64,000 nucleotides of DNA from Clostridia bacterium (lineage in GTDB: Bacteria; Bacillota; Clostridia; Christensenellales; CAG-1252), in contig JAFPXC010000001.1 in the NCBI GenBank assembly GCA_017394805.1, positions 2,322 to 66,321 of the forward strand, in the 5' to 3' direction. Every line of letters starts with the position of its first letter. Position 1 is the stretch's first letter. The position numbers were made by a program, and so were the translations under genes. Positions 25,601 through 31,636 of this stretch are shown here, piece by piece. The notes beneath the pieces were generated by a model. It saw nothing but the letters and a program-made list of their open reading frames with translations. It was not told the origin of the DNA and did not search any database.

Positions 25601-26861
25601 CAATCCCACCGCCCGCGCTTTGGCCAAACATATCACCGAGGCGAGCGGCCAAACGGCAGAAACGCAAGCGGTGCAAGAGGAAGAAAAGAGCGAAGAGGCG
25701 CTCCGCCACAACGCGGTGACCTACGTCAACGAGATTGCGTCCGTGCGCCCCCTCGGCAGAACGCTCCTCGCGGGCGGCACGGGCTTCCTCGGCTCTCACA
25801 TACTCAAAGCCCTCTTGGACGACGGGGTGGACACGGTGGTATTGAGCCGTAGCAGCAAGACCTTGGACGCCAAAACGCGCTTGTCGGCCATGATGATGTA
25901 CTACTTCGACGAAACGGCGGACGACCTCGTGGACAATCGCCTCACCGTGATCGACGGCGACATCACCAACGCCGACCTCTTGGACAAACTGAAAGACGAG
26001 CAGATAGACACCATCATCAACGCGGCCGCCTGCGTCAAGCACTTCGCCGCGGACGACATTATCGAGCGCATCAACGTAGGCGGGGTGGAGAACCTTATCA
26101 AGGTGGCTTTGGCGCACGACGCCAGGCTCATTCAAATCTCCACTTTGTCCGTCGCGGGCGAGAATGTGGGCAACAAGTTCCCCCCGACCTACCGCATGAA
26201 AGAGACGCAACTCTACTTCGGGCAGGACATCTCCAACAAGTACGTCAATTCCAAATTCAAGGCCGAGCAAGCCATCGTAGAAGCCATCGAGCGCGAGGGG
26301 TTGGACGCCAAGATGATCCGCGTAGGCAACTTGATGAGCCGACTGTCGGACGGCGAGTTCCAGGTCAACGCCATCACCAACGGCTTTATGCGCAACCTCA
26401 AAGGCTACGCCACTCTCAAGAAGTTCCCCGTCAACAGTATGGACGCCGTCATCGACTTCACCCCCATCGACGAAGTGGCCAAGGCCGTGTTGCTACTGTC
26501 CACCACGGGCAAAGAGTTCACCACGTTCCACGCCGCCAACTCGCATCAGGTGCAGATGGGCGACGTCATCTACGCGATGAACGAGATGGGCTTCGGCATC
26601 GACGTGGTGCCGGACGAGGAATTTGTGCGCGCCCTCAAAGAAATGATGGCCGACGAAAAGAAGAATATGCTGGTGTCCGCTCTCATCAATTACGCCTCTT
26701 CGGACGGCAAGGCGCACGCCTTCATTCAATCGGACAACGAGTTTTCCAACAAAGCGCTCTATCATCTGGGCTACAAGTGGCCCATTACGGACGAGCGTTA
26801 TCTCGAAAACGCCATTCGGGCTTTGGCCGAACTCAACTTCTTCATTCGCACGGATATCTAA
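19671..26861 (+). CDS. Bimodular non-ribosomal peptide synthetase, C-A-T-C-A-T-R (terminal thioester reductase)
   Basis: C1 HHIIFDG (nt 20028-20048). A1 LYTSGSTGVPKG (21372-21407), YRTGD and GRKDGQVKIRGFRVEL. T1 AGLTSVS. C2 HHIVFDGES. A2 LYTSGTTGTPKG. T2 FFDIGGTSISA. R domain GGTGFLGSH plus YVNSK (SDR YxxxK). Confidence 0.95.
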   Translation: MSQYYPLSKTEEGIYVSCLTPTDAYNLTNVLRLGKSLDVPRFTAAVAAVFDAHPYLFTVLFEGEDGGIYKKLQPVPIELPVVEVDELDVQSPPFEMLGRHLFRLALYRVAGEYVFVFDFHHIIFDGTSAKLFIDQVGAVYRGESIEKETYSANEFGLDEQKRLQTDDYRKAKDFFEKAVKDPETDSALIEDKSEGTILHGTFHQDLTVLNADVKDLTKRLKIKTSAFFLATFGYLLSKINMDDKALFLTVNNGRDEMTRHSLGMFVKTFPFYLENKETVAEYLSAANDYLVGATASLLYPFSDAVKDLGVPDGVMFAYQGDSFYKTEWEGRDAFVSLLDRKDGKDKLSVEVYRENGCFLVWVEYRADLYEEDTVRHLIRLYDVALKEFLRKAALADVDLVDEKEKALLDSFNRADLSYIDANRTVLDDFRDMVKKYPDHPAVVFRDKRYTYRDVDRLSDNIAAYLAAKGVGKEDVVSVLINKSEYIVIASLGVLKSGAAYQPLDPSYPVERLAFMVKDVAAKALIKDRDLDLLQDYDGPILYTDEVDALPDHAAPRVDVRPRDLFIMLYTSGSTGVPKGVMLEHGNLNTFATYHARRFGVDHTARVAAYASYGFDADMLDLYPTLTHGGCVYVIPNELRLDLIKLGDYFNQNGVTHAMLTTQVGRQFIEMIDAPTLRFLLVGGEKLVPVAPPKYTLANGYGPTEGTVYCSAQVVDRTYYRVPIGKANETYKTYVLDKNGRRLPTLAQGELCIAGPQVARGYLNREEENKKAFLLNPFDEDAAFARLYRTGDVVRYLADGTLDFIGRKDGQVKIRGFRVELSEVEKVIREYAGVKDATVKDFVDPAGVKYLCAYVVSNDEIDVDDLNAFIASKKPPYMVPAYTMQIDAIPLNQNQKVNKRALPQPQLKQREKVAPAGEDEQAVYDILAGILGTRDFGVTTDVYEAGLTSVSSIRFAILLSKRFGKEVGNADFRACPTVRALTARLAAKEEVKTYEIRAEYPLSKLQEGIFVECTTHPDTTVYNIPVLIKLHPSVDVERLAEAVERVVDAHPYLKMRLHVRDDGDVVATRDDARKIAVGRITVAEGETSGLVKPFDLQKDDLFRAAIVTDGKQNYLFVDAHHIVFDGESLVVFMREVEEAYQGQSVPAETYTGFEVALDEEERVKSDDYRRAKAYYEDLLGAVDTECMPIRDRDEGVDRGEDFLVAAVIDKAPLAAFLKDSGTTVNALWNAAFGYALAKFLAREDCVYTTVYNGRSDSRLADAIGMYVHTLPVVFRMTAGQSAKDAVRNVAKLLADDMANDVYPFAEISRNFGVKANVMFVYEGNIGTGLTVGGQPAESVMLKLDALKADLSVFVYETGNGFRLDCEYNARYYEEWSIRSLLQSTVAALNAMISGVKIDEISLLSPQEKARLDATFVAHETEDTDVVTLFRRAAAAYPERNAVIFRDKRLTYRQLDEISDRVAAYVQSRGVGKEDRVSILVPRGEYMVIAALGVLKAGAAYEPLDPSYPPERLNFMVQNAKAKLVIADSALIGLLSEYEGDRLFIEDVPSLPQAKPVDPSLKGNNMFIILYTSGTTGTPKGVMLEHHNLVNFCTWYRAHYDLTPESVVGAYASFGFDADMMDLYPALTTGAAVYVIPEDMRLDLNALNEAFKENGVSHVFMTTQMGRMFAENIAGESLAHLSVGGETLAPVNPPKGFALWNGYGPTECTIFSTIWKIDRLYYRNPIGAALWNYKLYVVGKAGDELPVGALGELWIAGAGVGRGYLDLPEQTKKVFIANPFDSTSGFERAYRTGDVVRRLADGSIDFVGRNDGQVKIRGFRIELAEVEGVIREYPGVKNVTVQAFEDKAFGGKFLAAYVVADDKLDFGAIGEFIKSKKPPYMVPAAFMQLDEIPLNQNQKVNKRALPAPVRNAADTSVKDEPTTALEREICKVFANILGLEKVGATDDFFDIGGTSISAAKVSMYAAGKSYPVAYKDIFDNPTARALAKHITEASGQTAETQAVQEEEKSEEALRHNAVTYVNEIASVRPLGRTLLAGGTGFLGSHILKALLDDGVDTVVLSRSSKTLDAKTRLSAMMMYYFDETADDLVDNRLTVIDGDITNADLLDKLKDEQIDTIINAAACVKHFAADDIIERINVGGVENLIKVALAHDARLIQISTLSVAGENVGNKFPPTYRMKETQLYFGQDISNKYVNSKFKAEQAIVEAIEREGLDAKMIRVGNLMSRLSDGEFQVNAITNGFMRNLKGYATLKKFPVNSMDAVIDFTPIDEVAKAVLLLSTTGKEFTTFHAANSHQVQMGDVIYAMNEMGFGIDVVPDEEFVRALKEMMADEKKNMLVSALINYASSDGKAHAFIQSDNEFSNKALYHLGYKWPITDERYLENAIRALAELNFFIRTDI

Positions 26862-26912
26862 CGATAATCTCACTTTTGCAATCGCAAAAACAACTCTTAT
26901 AGGAGAAAGAAA

Positions 26913-27209
26913 ATGGAAGTCAACATTGAACACAACGAAGCAATGGTCATTGCCGTCAAAGGCAGATTGGACACGGTTACGTCCGCGCAGTTGGACGCCG
27001 CCATCAAGGCCGAAACCATCACGGAAAACTTGGTCGTCTTCGACTTCACCGACGTGGAGTACATTTCGTCGGCGGGGCTTCGCGTACTATTGGGGCTCAA
27101 ACGCACCTTGGACGACGAAGGCAAAGCGCTCGAGGTACACAATATCAACGCGGTGGTACGAGAGATATTCTCGGTGACCGGTTTTATCAACGCGCTGACC
27201 GTCAAGTAA
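26913..27209 (+). CDS. STAS-domain anti-sigma-factor antagonist (SpoIIAA/RsbV-like)
   Basis: 98 aa. VVFDFTDVEYISSAGLRVLL contains the conserved phosphorylatable Ser context. Confidence 0.85.
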   Translation: MEVNIEHNEAMVIAVKGRLDTVTSAQLDAAIKAETITENLVVFDFTDVEYISSAGLRVLLGLKRTLDDEGKALEVHNINAVVREIFSVTGFINALTVK

Positions 27210-27218
27210 CGCCCTCTT

Positions 27219-29345
27219 ATGAAAATAAGCCTGCGTCTGAAGGTCGTGTTTATGACCGTTATTTTGTCGATGGCACTCATCGGCGCGTCCGTTCTCATCG
27301 CGTCGCTGTTTTTCACCGAGCGCACGCAAAAAGACGCCGATAACGATTGCGCCATGGCCGCCGCCAATATGGCGAAGCGCCTCGACGAATCGTATGGGGA
27401 TTTTATCGTGAATTACGCCGCTTCCATGCGCCAAATCTACGAGGATAACTACGAAGATTTGGTGTATCACGAACAGCACGGATTCGCCTCCCGTGAGGAA
27501 GAAGCGGAGTATTACAAGAGCCTTACCGCGCCTTTGTTCCCCGCTTCGACCGGCTTCGGCATGAGTTACGCGCAGTCCGAGTTCCGCAACAACTACAACT
27601 TCGTTATGCAGGAATTGTTGCTGGTCTCCAACAATTTCAACACCGAGGGCGGCTATGTCTATCTCTACGACAGCCAAAACGATTATATCGTCTTTATGAT
27701 GGATTGCACGGACGACGATTCGCCGTTGTACGCCTTCCCCGCCAGCATTCAGCGGCCCTCCCCACAATGGAAATCGGCCGTAGGCGACGCGAATACCGTG
27801 GTTACGTACCTCAAAAAATTGAACGGCGTGCAGTATTGCTACGGGACGTACCCGCTCTTGGACGAAGACGAGGGCACGGTCGTCGCCTACGTCGGATTCA
27901 ACTACGATATGGCCAAATTGCAGACCGCCCAACGCGAATTTATCACCACGATCACCATCATTATGGTTATCGTGATGGCGGTCATCACCCTCGTGTATTT
28001 GTTGTTGGCGGAGTATTTCCTCATCAAAAACATTCGCAAACTGTCCCGCTCTACCGTGGCGTTCTCGGACAACCTCGCGGAAGGCAAGCGGTTGACCTAC
28101 GTCGATAGCGGCGTCAAGTCCCGCGACGAGGTGGGTATGCTCTCCGCGCAGTTTGGCGTCATGCAGCACAAACTCATCGAATACGTGGACACCATCGCCC
28201 AAAAGACGGCGGAAGAGCACCGTCGCGGCGCGGAGTTGTCCATAGCCGCCGAGATACAGCAAGAAGAATTGCCGCCCTCCGCGTATTCGGACGAGGCGGT
28301 ATCCGTTCGCGCCAGTTTCACCGCCGCCAAAGAGGTAGGCGGCGACTTCTACGATTATTTCTACGTGGACGAAGGACGAGTGGCGGTGGTGATAGCCGAC
28401 GTCACGGGCAAAGGGATACCCGCCGCCTTGTTTATGATGAAAGCGAAGAGCATCATCAAGAGCGAGGTCAAGGCGACCGAAGACCTAGTCAGAGCGATGG
28501 CCAAAGCCAACGACGCCATTCTCGAAAACAACCGCGCGGGGCTGTTCGTCACGGCCTTCGTGGGCGTCGTAGACGTGCGTACGCGTCGTATGACGTGCGT
28601 CAGCGCGGGGCACGAAAAGCCCTACCTCGTGGGCGAGGACGGCGCGGTCGAACGGTTGAACGTGCACGCCAACTTCGTGCTGGGCGGCATCGCGGGCTTC
28701 CCCTATGCGGCGGACGAGGTCGACCTCGGCGATAGGCGGCTCTTCCTCTTCACGGACGGGCTGAACGAGTCCATCGACGGCAACGAAGAGGAGTTCGGCT
28801 ATCAACGCGTCGAAGACGCGCTCCGCATTTCCGCCCATCTCGGCCAAGACCAAGTGCTGTCGGCGATGCAAGACGCACTCGGCGCTTTCGTGGGCGACAA
28901 AGAGCCGTTCGACGACGTGACGATGCTGTCGTTTGCGCTCAAAGACGCCGCCTTGCACTTACGATTCGACGATCCCGACTACGACGTTATCGAGCAAACG
29001 ACGGAAGCGGTCAACGCCGCTTTCCCGCAACTCGAAAGGGAGGTCTTGGTCAAAGCGGGCGTTATTATCGACGAGATACTCAACAATCTGGTTTCCTACG
29101 AAAAGAAAGAGGGGTTCGTCGTCACCGTCGACGCCGCCGTCAAGGCGGACGGTTTGACCCTCGTTTTCTCTTCCAACGGCGACGCGTTCAACCCTCTCCA
29201 AACGAAAGGAAAGCCCCTTACCTCGGACGCCGCCGAAGCGACTCTCGGCGGTTGGGGCATCGCCATCACGCGAAGTCTGTCTTCGGGCGTTTCCTACGCC
29301 CGCGTAGACGATCGCAACGTGTTAGAGGTGACGTTCGCGCTCTGA
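27219..29345 (+). CDS. Membrane sensor - HAMP - PP2C (SpoIIE/RsbU-type) phosphatase fused to a C-terminal RsbW/SpoIIAB-like kinase domain
   Basis: N-terminal TM, periplasmic-type domain and second TM. PP2C motifs EVGGDFYDYF, VVIADVTGKGIPAALFM, FLFTDGLNES and DDVTML. C-terminal IIDEILNNLVSY and GGWGIAITRSL resemble HATPase_c_2 N and G2 boxes. Confidence 0.85.
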   Translation: MKISLRLKVVFMTVILSMALIGASVLIASLFFTERTQKDADNDCAMAAANMAKRLDESYGDFIVNYAASMRQIYEDNYEDLVYHEQHGFASREEEAEYYKSLTAPLFPASTGFGMSYAQSEFRNNYNFVMQELLLVSNNFNTEGGYVYLYDSQNDYIVFMMDCTDDDSPLYAFPASIQRPSPQWKSAVGDANTVVTYLKKLNGVQYCYGTYPLLDEDEGTVVAYVGFNYDMAKLQTAQREFITTITIIMVIVMAVITLVYLLLAEYFLIKNIRKLSRSTVAFSDNLAEGKRLTYVDSGVKSRDEVGMLSAQFGVMQHKLIEYVDTIAQKTAEEHRRGAELSIAAEIQQEELPPSAYSDEAVSVRASFTAAKEVGGDFYDYFYVDEGRVAVVIADVTGKGIPAALFMMKAKSIIKSEVKATEDLVRAMAKANDAILENNRAGLFVTAFVGVVDVRTRRMTCVSAGHEKPYLVGEDGAVERLNVHANFVLGGIAGFPYAADEVDLGDRRLFLFTDGLNESIDGNEEEFGYQRVEDALRISAHLGQDQVLSAMQDALGAFVGDKEPFDDVTMLSFALKDAALHLRFDDPDYDVIEQTTEAVNAAFPQLEREVLVKAGVIIDEILNNLVSYEKKEGFVVTVDAAVKADGLTLVFSSNGDAFNPLQTKGKPLTSDAAEATLGGWGIAITRSLSSGVSYARVDDRNVLEVTFAL

Positions 29346-29387
29346 TATGCGCGCCGACAAGACGCGCACGCCGTAGCACGACCGCAA

Positions 29388-29416
29388 AGCGTTCCCCGCA
29401 CGGGGAGCGTTTTTTC
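29388..29416 (+). terminator. Rho-independent terminator after the PP2C gene
   Basis: Stem gcgttcccc (29389-29397) / ggggagcgt (29402-29410), loop gcac, then a T-run 29410-29415. Confidence 0.8.
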
Positions 29417-29508
29417 GTGCCGTCCGCACGGGTGATGGCGCAATTTCGGGTGGGACGTATGGCCGAAAACCGTACCGTTCTCCTCACGAATCTCGACTTG
29501 GGTCAAAT

Positions 29509-29545
29509 AAAACTCGCTCGGATTTCGAAGATTCGAGCGAGTTTT
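29509..29545. terminator. Perfect 12-bp hairpin flanked by A- and T-tracts (possible bidirectional terminator)
   Basis: aaaactcgctcg (29509-29520) / cgagcgagtttt (29534-29545) with a 13-nt loop. Confidence 0.5.
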
Positions 29546-29719
29546 ATATGGCGTCGTTTCGGCTCGCTCGGTCGTCCGTGCCTCGTTTCCGACGGAGTAG
29601 CGGCGGTTATTCGTCGCCTTTACCCTCGGTGAAACATACGATCCAAGTCCCCGTCGCAACCTTGGGGCGCATACATAGTCCCTTCCCGCGCGGGGCATAC
29701 TATCCCCAAAGGAGCGGTT

Positions 29720-30001
29720 ATGGCAACAAAAGCGGGCTATCTCGAAATACCGATAGAAGTCTTCGTCAAATATACCGAAAAGGGCGACTGCATTCCCTAC
29801 AAATTGATCTATACCGACCGACTGTTCGTCATCGACAAAGTGCTGGACGAAAGCCCGCCCTATCCCGCCAAGGTATACGGCTACGCGCCGCGCGTATTCA
29901 CCTGTCTCATCGCCGGTCGCAAGCGGCAACTCTATTTCTACGCGCACGAAAGCAAGTGGGTATTGCTGAAGCCTTCTTTCTCCGCGTCTTTCGACGGATA
30001 G
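29720..30001 (+). CDS. Small hypothetical protein (93 aa) abutting the trailer end of the CRISPR array
   Basis: ORF track; AAAGGAG RBS 6 nt upstream. No motif recognised with confidence. Confidence 0.55.
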   Translation: MATKAGYLEIPIEVFVKYTEKGDCIPYKLIYTDRLFVIDKVLDESPPYPAKVYGYAPRVFTCLIAGRKRQLYFYAHESKWVLLKPSFSASFDG

Positions 30002-30052
30002 CCCATTCCGTCCCCGTTAAACATGACTCCATTTCCCTTTGCCTTCGCTGTT

Positions 30053-30550
30053 GTTTTAGTACCACTTTGAATCACATACGGCTAAAATGGGGGTATTGCA
30101 CGGGATTTTCGGGAACAGGTTTTAGTACCATTTTGAATCACATACTGCTAAAACTGATTGTTAGACGTACTCTTGTCTGGACAAGTTTTAGTACCATTTT
30201 GAATCACATACGGCTAAGACTTGTGCGCTATATAGTACCCCTTAGACGCAGTTATAGTACCATTTTGAATCACATACGGCTAAAACATACGTTGGGTATA
30301 AAGTTTTCGTATGCCAGTTTTAGTACCATTTTGAATCACATACGGCTAAAACTTATTTTAGCGGTGGTAGGCGCAACAACAGGTTTTAGTACCATTTTGA
30401 ATCACATACGGCTAAAACAGCGGTGCTTTGTTGATTTCCTCGGCGGTTGTTTTAGTACCATTTTGAATCACATGCGGCTAAAACGTTCGCCGGACGGCAT
30501 CTCCTCGATGCGGAGTTTTAGTACCATTTTGAATCACATACGGCTAAAAC
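30053..30550 (-). CRISPR. CRISPR array, 8 x 36-bp repeats and 7 x 30-bp spacers (type II-A)
   Basis: Repeats start at 30053, 30119, 30185, 30251, 30317, 30383, 30449 and 30515 (period 66). The + strand consensus is GTTTTAGTACCATTTTGAATCACATACGGCTAAAAC. Minus-strand transcription (crRNA repeat GTTTTAGCCGTATGTGATTCAAAATGGTACTAAAAC) is inferred from tracrRNA complementarity, cas gene direction, the AT-rich leader at 30551-30626 and the doubly mutated distal repeat at 30053. Spacers on the + strand are: gggggtattgcacgggattttcgggaacag; tgattgttagacgtactcttgtctggacaa; ttgtgcgctatatagtaccccttagacgca; atacgttgggtataaagttttcgtatgcca; ttattttagcggtggtaggcgcaacaacag; agcggtgctttgttgatttcctcggcggtt; gttcgccggacggcatctcctcgatgcgga. 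Confidence 0.95.
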
Positions 30551-30584
30551 CTCAAAACCCGCACGCGCCCAAAATAGGAACCGT

Positions 30585-30607
30585 ATTATACTGTTATCAT
30601 TATATCA
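30585..30607 (-). promoter_or_regulatory. Candidate leader promoter(s) for pre-crRNA
   Basis: On the minus strand there are two -10 elements, TGATATAAT (30607-30599, extended -10) and TATAAT (30590-30585). They lie 35-50 nt upstream of the first repeat, in the AT-rich leader. Confidence 0.45.
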
Positions 30608-30626
30608 TAAAAATCCTCATCAACAA

Positions 30627-31244
30627 CTATCTTTTTTCATTTTGCAAAAGATTATTCGCATCAACGTTATCTACTAGCAGTAGTTTTAAGCCGCTGTAGA
30701 TGGTGCATTTGATGATTTCATTCAATTCTTCCACCGAAAAAAATGATTTTGCGTTAATCAAAACGCATATTTCATAAGCCTTGGTGAGCGCGACTATTGC
30801 GATGAGGTTTTGCAAGTCTTCCACGATGGTGCCTGAAGTGTTGGCAATATGTGCATTGCATAGTTTAAGATAGGAAGAAATCGTTCGGGGCACATCATAA
30901 TCCCATTGCAAATCGGTGTCTTCTATTTGTCGTAGTAGTCGGCATACCGCCTGTTCGACTTCATCCAAAAGAGATGTATATTCATCCCCTCGACAAGAGG
31001 AGTCCAGCAGTTTGCAATACTTGGCAAAGACGGTTTTTCCGATAGTAGCCAAAGAATAATAGTCAAGGATAACGACGGCTTCCTTCGTCCAATTCAGAGA
31101 TCGATCGCCGAATAAAACAGCAATATGACCGTCCGCATAGCCGTTGCATTGCGCCACCAACGAGGCGAAGTACGCCCGACTCTTGCAAACGACGCCTATG
31201 ACTTCGCCGTCCGCGGGCAAAATTTCATCCGCATATCCCAACAA
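30627..31244 (-). CDS. csn2: Csn2-like protein (type II-A adaptation accessory)
   Basis: 205 aa, located between cas1 and the leader as in II-A loci. The N-terminus LGYADEILPADGEVIGVVCKSRAYFASLV and the segment ICVLINAKSFFSVEELNEIIKCTIYSGLKLLLVD resemble S. pyogenes Csn2 ([60 protein letters not shown]) from memory. TTG start with GAGGGG 8 nt upstream. Confidence 0.6.
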   Translation of the reverse strand: MLGYADEILPADGEVIGVVCKSRAYFASLVAQCNGYADGHIAVLFGDRSLNWTKEAVVILDYYSLATIGKTVFAKYCKLLDSSCRGDEYTSLLDEVEQAVCRLLRQIEDTDLQWDYDVPRTISSYLKLCNAHIANTSGTIVEDLQNLIAIVALTKAYEICVLINAKSFFSVEELNEIIKCTIYSGLKLLLVDNVDANNLLQNEKR

Positions 31245-31633
31245 TAATCGTGCCCCTCATTTTGTCCTATTTGCGAAAGCAGGCGTGCCTGATTGCAAAT
31301 TTTCTGCCGAAGGATTGCCGCCGATACGATATCCTTGATCTCGTCATTCCAGTGTGCCTGCGTCATAATCCGCTTGGACGAGTGGTAGTGGTCGTGATGC
31401 CCTACCACTTCGCCCATAGGATTGTGCTTTTCATCACAAAAGATAATTTTCACCTTCGATTTGACCAATTCAGCCAACGCCATACCGGTGAAACTGACCT
31501 GAGGCGAAGCCAGAATAAGCACGTCGATTTCGGAGATATGTATTTGTACGTCCGCTTCTTTTTTGACGATGACGTAGCCGCCGCGATAACATATTTTACT
31601 GCGGCTGTCCACTATGATGGTGCGCCAGCCCAT
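31196..31633 (-). pseudogene. cas1: cas1 remnant: N-terminal ~125 codons only, then an out-of-family tail and stop
   Basis: MGWRTIIVDSRSKICYRGGYVIVK...IDVLILASPQVSFTGMALAELVKSKVKIIFCDEKHNP...AILRQKICNQARLL is colinear with residues 1 to ~125 of type II-A Cas1 (~290 aa). Similarity ends near nt 31250. The last ~18 codons overlap csn2 in another frame. Confidence 0.8.
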
Positions 31634-31636
31634 GGC

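Noticed and set aside
20559-26270. Long minus-strand ORFs (1036, 316 and 418 aa) inside the NRPS gene
   Set aside because: They are antisense to a frame carrying every NRPS core motif. Their products are R/G/H/V-rich low-complexity sequences, typical of stop-poor antisense frames in GC-rich DNA.
30053-30550. Self-targeting spacers against the AT-rich island or elsewhere in the window
   Set aside because: Scanning by eye found only a 10-nt chance match (cgttgggtat near 20451) and no full protospacer. A by-eye scan is not exhaustive, so a BLASTN of the seven spacers against the genome is still needed.
29548-30699. 383-aa plus-strand ORF spanning the whole CRISPR array
   Set aside because: Its sequence is periodic (FSTILNHIRLK every 22 aa) because it merely translates the 36-bp repeats. 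It has no RBS and it also overlaps csn2.
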